A stretch of DNA of 64,000 nt, taken from the NCBI GenBank assembly GCA_964635905.1, contig CAZWPK010000001.1, forward strand, positions 224,293 through 288,292, read 5' to 3'. Origin of the DNA: an uncultured Pseudomonadales bacterium. Lineage in GTDB: Bacteria; Patescibacteriota; Microgenomatia; UBA1400; UBA12028. Numbering within the stretch: position 1 is the stretch's first letter; each line of letters opens with the position of its first letter. Shown here piece by piece: positions 17,521-26,203 of this stretch. Under the pieces are notes generated by a model. That model had not been told where the DNA came from and searched no databases. It saw nothing but the letters and a program-made list of their open reading frames with translations. Position numbers and translations under genes: made by a program.

Positions 17521-18414
17521 ATGGCTATTCGTTTTGATGGAAAAGCATTTGCGGCTGCCAAAGAACAGGGTCTTGCTGAGAAAGTACAGACACTCAAAGA
17601 GTCTGGTCGACCAATTGTGGTGCAGACGACAACCTTTCAAGAGGACGCCGGTAGTCAGTTATATACCAAACTAAAACAACAGGCTGCCACGCGGATTGGC
17701 ATAGATTATCAATCGCATGTGGTATCGTTTCATGATCCCGTGGATCAGTTAGTTACTTCAATTCAAGCAAGTTCCGAGAATCCCTCTGTTACGGGCGTCA
17801 TGGTACAAAAACCTAGTAAACAGGTATGGATGCAGGAAACAGGGAAGGATGATACAGCCTTTCAGGCTTGGTGGCAGCAGCTCACCGATGCGATCGCACC
17901 CCAGAAAGATGTCGACTGTTTAACCCAAGCAAATCTGGATGCAATTTTGAACTCCACATCCTACGCACCCTCGCAATTGCTTCCCGCAACTGTTTCAGCA
18001 TGTCTATCAATACTAAATGAAGCCCGGATCGCAGTAGACCAAACGGAGGAGGAATGGAACGACAGAAAAATCCTCGTTGTGGGGCGATCGGCAATTGTGG
18101 GGAAACCATTGGCACACATGCTCACACTCGCTGGGCATTCGGTTGTGAATGTCGGTAAAGATTTCTCGAGTGTTAATTCCACAGAATTTCCGATTATCAT
18201 TTCCGCTGTTGGGGTTCCCAACCTGATTGGTGGGTCGCAGGTTTCCGATCAAAGCATTTTAATTGATGTGGGCTCTCCGCAAGGAGATTTTGATGTTGCC
18301 ACCGTTGAACGAAAGGCACTTTTTTACACACCCGTTCCTGGTGGGGTTGGGCCAGTCACCATCAGCTGTCTGCTTGATAACTGTCTACAAATTGCCACAA
18401 TTCTCGTGGGGTAG
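17521..18414 (+). CDS. folD: Bifunctional methylene-THF dehydrogenase/methenyl-THF cyclohydrolase
   Basis: VVGRSAIVGKPLAHML, PVPGGVGPVTISCLL. Confidence 0.85.
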   Translation: MAIRFDGKAFAAAKEQGLAEKVQTLKESGRPIVVQTTTFQEDAGSQLYTKLKQQAATRIGIDYQSHVVSFHDPVDQLVTSIQASSENPSVTGVMVQKPSKQVWMQETGKDDTAFQAWWQQLTDAIAPQKDVDCLTQANLDAILNSTSYAPSQLLPATVSACLSILNEARIAVDQTEEEWNDRKILVVGRSAIVGKPLAHMLTLAGHSVVNVGKDFSSVNSTEFPIIISAVGVPNLIGGSQVSDQSILIDVGSPQGDFDVATVERKALFYTPVPGGVGPVTISCLLDNCLQIATILVG

Positions 18415-18450
18415 AATGGTCGACGTTAGTACGCACTTTTGATTTCTAGC

Positions 18451-18479
18451 TTGACCTATAGTATGTCTTTTGCTATACT
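18451..18479 (+). promoter_or_regulatory. Sigma-70-type promoter TTGACC-N17-TATACT (with TGn extension)
   Basis: TTGACC 18451-18456, a 17-nt spacer, TGCTATACT 18471-18479. Confidence 0.45.
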
Positions 18480-18532
18480 ACCCCTTATCTCCACAACGCC
18501 TTGACCCAAAGTTTTTGGGTAATTACAACCGG

Positions 18533-18568
18533 CCAGAGATATCGTAAACGATATTGGGCTGGTTTTTT
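18533..18568 (+). terminator. Intrinsic terminator-like hairpin plus six T residues, about 55 nt downstream of the promoter above
   Basis: CCAG...CTGG outer stem with an inner ATATCGT/ACGATAT stem, followed by TTTTTT. A CCCAAA-gtt-TTTGGG hairpin precedes it at 18505-18519. Confidence 0.55.
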
Positions 18569-18597
18569 CTAGCTCAACATAGCCGGAGGCTTTTTGG

Positions 18598-19851
18598 ATG
18601 CAGTCATCCAAAAAAATAATTATGATGCGTGAATTCAAAGGAAGATCGTATCCGCCTGACTTGGAAATTCGTCGGGTGACCTACAAACAAGGTGAGAAAG
18701 AAAAAGGAGAAAACATTGTCTATGCCAATCCTGTGTCGGTGATCATCTCCATCTCCGAAACTGGACAGATATCATCGCGTAAACAGTATCATCCTAAACA
18801 ATCTCCAAACGAGCAGCACCAATCCAGTGACAACTGGGCACGTAAGCACCTGGGAGAGAAATCTCGACAGTATACGTTTTTAGGAGAAATAGACCCTTGG
18901 GGAAAATATCTGTCCCAAGACTGTACAGTCTATGTTAATGTACCGTTGTCCATGTACTCTTATGCGAAAGCAGAACAGCTGATCCCTTGTGTTGATGCAC
19001 TATTACCTGGAATGTATGCCGAAGACGTAGATCTCACGATAGTGGCAGCGTTGTTCAAACTCAAGCTCTGGTTGGAATATCGTTCCCAAAGTGGACAGAT
19101 GATGAAAGCTCCTCCATTGCTAAATCTGGATCGTCGCAATCATGGAAAACCTGCGGAGGCAAACGAGTGGATGCGTATACATCACAATCGAATTGAGTCC
19201 TCAAATGATGGTGGCAAAACGGACCACGCAGGAAACGAAGCGGTCGGACTTGTATTGTTAGATCGTGAAGCTCGAAGAAACTATAGAACTATGCTGCGAG
19301 AGTTGGTCTTTTCGGATTCAGCCATGAGTGCAAAAGCACAAGCTCATAATTTTCAGTTTCCAAATGATATCGATACCTCAACGAATGACCTTCGCGTTGC
19401 CTTCTTAAACGAGCGTCGCAGTGCACAAGGAACGGAGACCCCCAACATCATTGGCGGGGGAGTATTACCTGGCCAAAAGCCTAGTGATGCATTCAAAACG
19501 GAGTTGACGCAGGAGACGATGATGGTTGCACCTACTTTTGGTTCCGTTCAACTTCTTGCATCGGGTTATTCGGACAAAGAGATCTTGTCCACCAACACAT
19601 CCATTTTCTTGGTGCCTAGAGCAGAAATTGGACGACGCGATGAAATTGTTCGTGCACTACAAAAACGGGATGAGATCTTTCGTACCGAGACAGTGATGGT
19701 TCCGCTTACGGAATTACTACATCAAATTGCCATTGGGGAGATTCGTGATGCACGCATCATTTCTGCGCTATCCACTCTCTTTAACGTGGAGGATCATAAA
19801 CAGCACTATAGAGATGCAGTACGCTATATGTCAAAGAGGCTACGCGAATAG
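18598..19851 (+). CDS. hypothetical protein (417 aa, no recognisable domain)
   Basis: Long ORF; the exact start is uncertain, with alternative Met codons at 18622 and 18625. Confidence 0.5.
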   Translation: MQSSKKIIMMREFKGRSYPPDLEIRRVTYKQGEKEKGENIVYANPVSVIISISETGQISSRKQYHPKQSPNEQHQSSDNWARKHLGEKSRQYTFLGEIDPWGKYLSQDCTVYVNVPLSMYSYAKAEQLIPCVDALLPGMYAEDVDLTIVAALFKLKLWLEYRSQSGQMMKAPPLLNLDRRNHGKPAEANEWMRIHHNRIESSNDGGKTDHAGNEAVGLVLLDREARRNYRTMLRELVFSDSAMSAKAQAHNFQFPNDIDTSTNDLRVAFLNERRSAQGTETPNIIGGGVLPGQKPSDAFKTELTQETMMVAPTFGSVQLLASGYSDKEILSTNTSIFLVPRAEIGRRDEIVRALQKRDEIFRTETVMVPLTELLHQIAIGEIRDARIISALSTLFNVEDHKQHYRDAVRYMSKRLRE

Positions 19852-19921
19852 TTGCGTTCACACAATACGGTCGAAATACTAAGCGAATGAGAGGACAGGT
19901 TGTAATCCTTGTATTGTTAAA

Positions 19922-21094
19922 ATGTTACAATACAGGCCTATTATGGCTAAAAAGGAAGAAAGAGCTTTGGGTGCTGCAGATGGTCGGTCAGAACGACGAC
20001 GAGAGCGTCCCGACGACAATAGAACCGAAGCAGCTGCAATTCGATCTGCGTCAATTTCGGAACTCAGGAATGTACCTTTATCGGAGCTGCAAGTTCGTTG
20101 GCAGTCAAGGTTTCCACAGTTTTTGGCTGGATTATCAGCTCTTCGAAGGGATAGGTATAGAGTTGTTGCGAGTGTGCCTTTCGTAGTAAAGGAATACATT
20201 GCTCTGCTTTCGATTGCTACACAAATATTGACCACCGCTGAAACGACGAAGGCTAGGCTTACAGACTTTACAGTTGAGGGACTGCAACGATTAATCGTGA
20301 GCGTAGACATGGAGTATTTTCGTTGTGAGCGTGAGAGGCTACCATTCTTTACAGCCTATGCAACCAATGAGCAACAACAGAGTCTTCTAGCATTAGAAGG
20401 GTACTTGCGAGATCAATTATCGATTTCACCGCGAGAGCAGAATCGAACTCAGTTTGTAGAAAAGATGATCGTCGACTTAGATAGACTTCTGGGGACATTT
20501 AAACAATCAGTATTTTCGTATCTGTCCGCAGAAGATCGATCCAGACCAGTCGAACTTTCCCAACTGCTTGAACAACGATTAGAGATTAACTCGATGATTG
20601 ATCAGCTTCTTCAGAGCTCGCAGGCTGGAATCTTTCGACAGCGTATTCAAGCAGCGCAGGCAAAATATCAGACGTATCAGACGCTTCTTTCCCTAGATGC
20701 GGCTGCTATTTATAACGCCCCATCTGAAAAAGAAGTAACTCAGGCGTTGTTATACACTTTGCTACGGAGTGCTGCCCAATCTCTCTCTACGTTCTTTCAT
20801 GTTAATGAGTATTGGAGAAATTATAAGGTACATGATCCACGACTGACGCCACTTTTTAGATCCACACTGACAATCTATAAAGTGCTGCAGGCTTTTTTTG
20901 TTTTGGACCCAAGTGGTGCGTATGAAAAAAGGATTAAATCTTCAATAAAAAGTATTCAATATATGCTACGGGACGTCCCGAGAGATATTGAAAAAAGGTA
21001 TCAACCTGGTTCACAAGAAAATATTCAAGAATTTTCCACCGCTCTTGAGTATATTAAGAATGCTCCGCATACTAAAAATCCTAGACGCAATTGA
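19922..21094 (+). CDS. hypothetical protein (390 aa, no recognisable domain)
   Basis: Long ORF. Extended -10 TGTTAAAAT at 19913-19921, and a 9-bp inverted repeat CTTGTATTG/CAATACAGG (19908-19936) flanks the first ATG. The alternative start at 19943 (MAKKEE) is more likely. Confidence 0.5.
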   Translation: MLQYRPIMAKKEERALGAADGRSERRRERPDDNRTEAAAIRSASISELRNVPLSELQVRWQSRFPQFLAGLSALRRDRYRVVASVPFVVKEYIALLSIATQILTTAETTKARLTDFTVEGLQRLIVSVDMEYFRCERERLPFFTAYATNEQQQSLLALEGYLRDQLSISPREQNRTQFVEKMIVDLDRLLGTFKQSVFSYLSAEDRSRPVELSQLLEQRLEINSMIDQLLQSSQAGIFRQRIQAAQAKYQTYQTLLSLDAAAIYNAPSEKEVTQALLYTLLRSAAQSLSTFFHVNEYWRNYKVHDPRLTPLFRSTLTIYKVLQAFFVLDPSGAYEKRIKSSIKSIQYMLRDVPRDIEKRYQPGSQENIQEFSTALEYIKNAPHTKNPRRN

Positions 21095-21202
21095 TGAGTA
21101 GTGAGCTAAAGAGCAGTTAATCGGACTGTTTTTGCTTTTTTTAGTGAATACGGTCACCAGTGCTATCAAATCAAGGACATAACCGCTCCCATTTCTTTAG
21201 TC

Positions 21203-21214
21203 TTGTGATATACT
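21203..21214 (+). promoter_or_regulatory. Extended -10 promoter for rpsB-tsf (TGATATACT) embedded in a 7-bp inverted repeat
   Basis: TGATATACT 21206-21214. Inverted repeat TGTGATA (21204-21210) and TATCACA (21228-21234) with a 17-nt spacer. Confidence 0.4.
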
Positions 21215-21295
21215 ACGACCTCGTATTTATCACACACCCGTAGTAGATTCTCCTTGAACTACACCGCTACGGGGAGGCTGAAAGGAGAGAAACAT

Positions 21296-22036
21296 ATGGC
21301 ATCAGAGCCACAATTCTCTATTGATCTTGAGTTACTTTTGGAGGCAGGTTGTCACTTTGGACACCAGGCACGCCGATGGAACCCCAAGATGAAGAAGTAT
21401 ATTTTTACCGAACGGGATGGAGTCCATATCTTTGACTTGGCTCAGACTGCAGCCCAGCTCGAAGAAGCATGCAACACGTTGTATGCCGCTGGAAAAGAAG
21501 GCAAAACGGTCGTTTTTGTCGGAACCAAACGCCAAACCAAAGATATCGTGCGTGAGCATGCCATTGATGCCGGAGCTAGTTTCACCGTTACCCGTTGGCC
21601 AGCTGGCTTAATCACCAACTGGGAACAGGTGGGGAAATCTATTACCAAGCTCAACCAAATGAAAAAGGATCGTGAAGAGGGTAAATTTGCCAAGTACACC
21701 AAGTATGAACAGGTGCAGTTGGATAAAGATATCGAACGCTTAGAACGATTCTTCGGTGGAGTTGCCACCTTGAAACGCACTCCCGATATGTTAGTGGTCG
21801 CTGACTTAAACACCGACTTAGTCGCTGTCAAAGAAGCGAAGCTTAAAAACATTCCTGTCATTGCCTTGGCAGACAGTAATACCGATCCTGACTACGCTGA
21901 CATCGCAATCCCAGGGAATGACGATGCGGTTGGCAGTATCAAAATTCTCATTGCGCATTTGGCGACTGCCTTCAAACAAGGCAAAGAATTAGTCAAGAGT
22001 GCAGAAGAGAAGAAAGAAACAGTCGTACAGGCATAA
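21296..22036 (+). CDS. rpsB: 30S ribosomal protein S2
   Basis: LLEAGCHFGHQARRWNPKM, an S2 fold. AAAGGAGAG SD upstream of ATG 21296. Confidence 0.9.
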   Translation: MASEPQFSIDLELLLEAGCHFGHQARRWNPKMKKYIFTERDGVHIFDLAQTAAQLEEACNTLYAAGKEGKTVVFVGTKRQTKDIVREHAIDAGASFTVTRWPAGLITNWEQVGKSITKLNQMKKDREEGKFAKYTKYEQVQLDKDIERLERFFGGVATLKRTPDMLVVADLNTDLVAVKEAKLKNIPVIALADSNTDPDYADIAIPGNDDAVGSIKILIAHLATAFKQGKELVKSAEEKKETVVQA

Positions 22037-22054
22037 GTAAAGGAGAGAAACCCT

Positions 22055-22507
22055 ATGGCATTTGATAAAGCATTACTTATTCAACTTCGTGATGAAATGG
22101 GAGCTGGCGTCATGGACGTCAAACGCGCGCTAGAAGAATGTGATGGAGACGTGGACAAGGCACGACAATGGCTATCTGAAAAAGCAATCAAGACTGCTGA
22201 GAAAAAAGCAGATCGAGAAGCTGGAGAAGGCGTGATTGGCTCCTACGTGCATACCACCGGAAAAGTCGCTGCTCTGGTCACCTTAAACTGTGAAACAGAT
22301 TTTGTGGCACGTACCCCAGATTTTCAAAATTTGGCACGAGAAGTCGCCATGCAGGTTGCTAGTATGAATCCAGAAACAGTGGAAGAATTACTCGCACAAC
22401 CCTACATCCGCGATGCCAAAAAGAGTATTGCTGAGCTGGTCAAAGAGACCGCAGGCAAACTTGGAGAAAATGTCGTCGTGAAGGAATTTTCCCGCCTAAG
22501 CATCTAG
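22055..22507 (+). CDS. tsf: Elongation factor Ts (short, 150-aa form)
   Basis: N-terminal UBA-like LRDEMGAGVMDVKRALEECDGDVDKARQWL and core TDFVART. It is about half the length of the canonical EF-Ts. Confidence 0.85.
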   Translation: MAFDKALLIQLRDEMGAGVMDVKRALEECDGDVDKARQWLSEKAIKTAEKKADREAGEGVIGSYVHTTGKVAALVTLNCETDFVARTPDFQNLAREVAMQVASMNPETVEELLAQPYIRDAKKSIAELVKETAGKLGENVVVKEFSRLSI

Positions 22508-22530
22508 CGAAAAAAAAGATCGTAATTAAA

Positions 22531-22559
22531 AAGGGCTCGATGACATCGGGCCCTTTTTT
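22531..22559. terminator. Hairpin plus T-run between convergent tsf and a minus-strand ORF
   Basis: AAGGGC-TCGATGACATCG-GGCCCTT extended stem followed by TTTTTT, with an A-run on the 5' side. Confidence 0.55.
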
Positions 22560-22587
22560 GTAGTCAATCGTTGCAATGTGTTGTAAC

Positions 22588-23505
22588 TTAATTTGCTTGC
22601 GGAGTAGAGGACCCTGTCGTTGGGTCTTCTGCTACCGTAGGCATCGCCGGAATGGCGGCATCTACTGTCTGCGTTGCATCCAGTGGCTGATCCAATGGTT
22701 GGGTGACCGAGTCCGATAAATCGGGAACCGTCGACGGTTGAGGGTCTGTTGGTGGCTGTGAGGCTGCAGCAGTACTGGCCGTGATGGCAAGCTGTCGTAA
22801 GACTTGGGCTAGATGTTCAACGGTAGCAATGATTTGTGCCGAGGTTACGGTTTCTTTGAGGTGACCAAGTAGCGAGTCGACAATATCTGCATAGAAGTGA
22901 ATACCTTGTTCTTTGGGCATGCCGCCGCGCTGCATAAAGGTAAACAGGGAAATGGATCGATTGTAGGCATCTTGGAGGTAGTCATGCGTGACTGCATTGA
23001 TGACGATCAGTGTTTTAATTCCCACAATTACTTCAATCAAATTCAAGCTGTCTTCTTGTTCAAACACATGCGAGAGCACCAGATGATCCATCAAGGTCAT
23101 ATCATAATACAGCAGCACCTCTTCTTTGCTAAAGGCATGGGAGTCTTTGACCTGTATTTCTAGACTCGAAAGGTAGCGCTGGTAGGCAGGAATGATGGTG
23201 GTAAAAATCACGGAAAAGCTGTGTCCCAACGAGGGGTAGGTGGTAAGCAGTGGAGAAAGTTGGGGTGTTAAGGCATGAATCATTTCTCGACTGGTAGACA
23301 GCTTGTGGTCGTCTAACGAATTGAGCAAATCAATGAGCTGTTTTAAGGAATCCCGCTGCGTATCGGTTAAGGGCTGATTGGTCAAACTGTTCCAGAGAAA
23401 ATCCACAAAAAAGCGGATTTTATTCACTGGAAAATCTTGATCGGAATCTTTAGCGTAGGTTGGAACAAGCTGGGTATAGAGTGTTGAAAGTTGTGATGCA
23501 TCCAT
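22588..23505 (-). CDS. hypothetical protein with Pro/Thr/Gln-rich C-terminus
   Basis: 305 aa with no recognisable catalytic motif. Confidence 0.5.
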   Translation of the reverse strand: MDASQLSTLYTQLVPTYAKDSDQDFPVNKIRFFVDFLWNSLTNQPLTDTQRDSLKQLIDLLNSLDDHKLSTSREMIHALTPQLSPLLTTYPSLGHSFSVIFTTIIPAYQRYLSSLEIQVKDSHAFSKEEVLLYYDMTLMDHLVLSHVFEQEDSLNLIEVIVGIKTLIVINAVTHDYLQDAYNRSISLFTFMQRGGMPKEQGIHFYADIVDSLLGHLKETVTSAQIIATVEHLAQVLRQLAITASTAAASQPPTDPQPSTVPDLSDSVTQPLDQPLDATQTVDAAIPAMPTVAEDPTTGSSTPQAN

Positions 23506-23523
23506 AGAAGGGAAATTTCTAGT

Positions 23524-24369
23524 TTACGATACTGTGTATTGTATCCTGTTTTTGCGGATTTCGAAGCAGACGAGTGCCACGATTCCAAAGAAGGCGATGC
23601 TTAGAAGGGATATGTTTAAATCCGAATACAGGATCTGTGCAACGGCATCAATAAAGGCGGCGACCGCTCCCACACTCAAACCCAACTTGATTAAGGATTT
23701 TTGCGTGAAGCGAATCCCAATCAACGGAGAAAAGAGTGCGACCACAAACAGGTAGATAGCGACGGCTACAAGTGTCGACAACATTCCCGCCAGCCATAAG
23801 AAGGGAAACAACAATACTAGCAGGATCGACACACTCAACGGCAGTGCCGTTAGAATTTCCTGCACGCGACCAGCCAGCTCAAGTTTGGTAAACGAAAAAT
23901 CATCGTTGAGGAAATCGCGGTAGGAGAGTGGGGTAGCTTCCATCCAGGTTCCCTCTACCGGGTAACGCAGTTGCATTGTTGACTCTTGAAGGTTTACGAC
24001 GGCTAACGTCTGCGCATCAAAGGCTTGAAGCAATGTCTGGGGCATGCCGTTGTCCAATAGCTTTTTTGGCGTTTTTAAGACCAAGGGTAGGGATGTATGT
24101 TCAATTGTCAGTTTGTCATTGGAATACTGGATGACAGTTTGCTCTGGGAGTTGATCCAGAACACCGGGTAACTCTTCTTGAGCCAGTTTGATGAAGCGAG
24201 GCAAGGTTTGAAAACGGAGATCAAGACTGTTCAAGAGTACCGTAAATCCAGAGACCAGGATAAAGAAGAGTACCGAAGAGAGAACAGGAGAGCGTAATTT
24301 CCCTAAATAAAACTGCGGCGTGATCAGCGCAAATTTAAGTTGAGAAAAAATCCAAAAGAGACGAACCAT
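23524..24369 (-). CDS. hypothetical integral membrane protein
   Basis: 281 aa with multiple hydrophobic helices at the N- and C-termini. Confidence 0.5.
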   Translation of the reverse strand: MVRLFWIFSQLKFALITPQFYLGKLRSPVLSSVLFFILVSGFTVLLNSLDLRFQTLPRFIKLAQEELPGVLDQLPEQTVIQYSNDKLTIEHTSLPLVLKTPKKLLDNGMPQTLLQAFDAQTLAVVNLQESTMQLRYPVEGTWMEATPLSYRDFLNDDFSFTKLELAGRVQEILTALPLSVSILLVLLFPFLWLAGMLSTLVAVAIYLFVVALFSPLIGIRFTQKSLIKLGLSVGAVAAFIDAVAQILYSDLNISLLSIAFFGIVALVCFEIRKNRIQYTVS

Positions 24370-24446
24370 ACAGCGTATGGTATCACGAGGACCGATCTTT
24401 CTTTCTGTGCAGTTCCCTCTATAATAGGACTACATTAAGGAGAACT

Positions 24447-24998
24447 ATGTTTAATTTCGCCCCACTCAAACAAGACGCTGAAAAACTCATTGAGGTGTTT
24501 GCTTCCGATCTTGCCACCATTCGCACCGGTCGAGCCAAGCCATCGCTCGTCGAAAACATTGAGGTCCAGGCCTATGGCTCGATGATGAAAATGTTAGAGG
24601 TTGCTTCCATTACTGCTCCCGATTCGGCCTCCATTGTAATTAAGCCATGGGACAAATCGGTCTTAAAAGACATTGAAAAAGCCATCTCGATATCCGATCT
24701 CCACATTCCACCCGTCAATGATGGAGAACAAATCCGTCTAAACATTCCTCCATTAACCGGTGAGCGTCGACAAGAACTCATTAAGCTTGTGGCGCAAAAA
24801 AAGCATGCCGCCCTAGACATGCTGCGGGACATCCGGACCAAGTACAAGAAAATGGTCGATAACCAAAAAGGCCAGGCTGGAGTAAGTGAAGATGACATCA
24901 AGCGCGATCTAGAGGCACTGCAAAAGCATACCGAAGAATTCACCGCTAAGCTAGAAGAGCGCGCTGCAGGGAAAGAAAAAGAGCTTTCCGAGCTTTAA
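24447..24998 (+). CDS. frr: Ribosome recycling factor
   Basis: LATIRTGRAKPSL, IPPLTGERRQELIK, 183 aa. Confidence 0.9.
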   Translation: MFNFAPLKQDAEKLIEVFASDLATIRTGRAKPSLVENIEVQAYGSMMKMLEVASITAPDSASIVIKPWDKSVLKDIEKAISISDLHIPPVNDGEQIRLNIPPLTGERRQELIKLVAQKKHAALDMLRDIRTKYKKMVDNQKGQAGVSEDDIKRDLEALQKHTEEFTAKLEERAAGKEKELSEL

Positions 24999-25061
24999 AC
25001 GTCATCGTGTACGTTCCTGATTGCGATTGAGATACCGCAGTACTTCCCGTACAATTGCCGG

Positions 25062-26159
25062 ATGGATGTTGTGATTTTCATTCTAATCTTATTGTTTCTC
25101 ATCGTGATTCACGAGTTGGGGCATTTCTTTACTGCTCTTTGGTGCAAGGTAAACGTTTTAGAATTTGGAATTGGAATTCCACCGAAAGTTAAAACACTCT
25201 TTACCTATAAAGGAATTCCCTTCACGCTCAACGCTCTTCCGTTTGGTGGTTTCGTACGCATGGAAGGTGAAGGAGACGAGAGTGGTACTTCATCTGTCTC
25301 GGGTCGAGTTTCACTCCGTGATCTACCTTTGCATAAGAAATTATTCGTCGTGCTTGCAGGAGCAGCAGTTAATTTTATTTTTGGCATTGTTGCATTTTCA
25401 ATCATCTTTTCGATTATTGGTATTCCTGTCAAAGATCCCTACGTTCGGATCACTGGGACTTCTGAAGGTAGTCCAGCCCAGCTTGCAGGAATACAGGCAG
25501 GTGACCAAGTTGTTTCCATGACCTTAGAAGACAAATCCACAATTGAAATTACGAATAAGGATCAATTTGAAGAGATTATCAAGTCGCAAAAAGGGAAATT
25601 CATTACAGTAACTTTTCTGCGTCAAGATCAACTAACCGATGTGACAGCAAAAGTTCGAACTGATGATGAAATTCCTCCGGGAGATGGTGCGCTGGGGGTT
25701 GGTTTCACGCAAGAAACGTTGAAGCGCTTCCCTTGGTATCAGGTTCCATTTCGTGCAGTTGTAGTGGGAACAGAGCAGTCGGTCCAGTTCGGTACTTTAA
25801 TCGTTACTTCTTTAGGTGACATGTTTGGCAAACTATTTAGTAACGGCACAGTACCCACAGATGTGGCTGGACCAATCGGAATCGCCTATAGAGTGCAGAA
25901 GGACAATCTATTTGAGGGAGGACCCATCGTGATGCTAAACTTTGCCGCTATGCTCTCGGTGAACTTGGCAATTATGAATGTGCTTCCGATTCCAGCACTG
26001 GATGGGGGACGCGCCTTTTTCATGTTGATCGAAAAACTATTTCCGAAAGGAAAGCGCGTACAGATTGAACAGGTCTTTAATAACGTGGGCTTTACGCTCC
26101 TGATTGGGTTACTAATCCTGATTACTTTCAAGGATGTGTTGCAAATCTTTCGACCGTAA
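25062..26159 (+). CDS. rseP: RIP metalloprotease RseP (site-2 protease, M50) with PDZ domain
   Basis: HExxH in a TM helix (IHELGHFFTAL), a PDZ-like middle region, and the C-terminal LDGG motif PIPALDGGRAF. Confidence 0.8.
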   Translation: MDVVIFILILLFLIVIHELGHFFTALWCKVNVLEFGIGIPPKVKTLFTYKGIPFTLNALPFGGFVRMEGEGDESGTSSVSGRVSLRDLPLHKKLFVVLAGAAVNFIFGIVAFSIIFSIIGIPVKDPYVRITGTSEGSPAQLAGIQAGDQVVSMTLEDKSTIEITNKDQFEEIIKSQKGKFITVTFLRQDQLTDVTAKVRTDDEIPPGDGALGVGFTQETLKRFPWYQVPFRAVVVGTEQSVQFGTLIVTSLGDMFGKLFSNGTVPTDVAGPIGIAYRVQKDNLFEGGPIVMLNFAAMLSVNLAIMNVLPIPALDGGRAFFMLIEKLFPKGKRVQIEQVFNNVGFTLLIGLLILITFKDVLQIFRP

Positions 26160-26203
26160 GCGCGTCTCTTGTCAAACCACCATTTGGTCGGCATACTTAC
26201 TGT

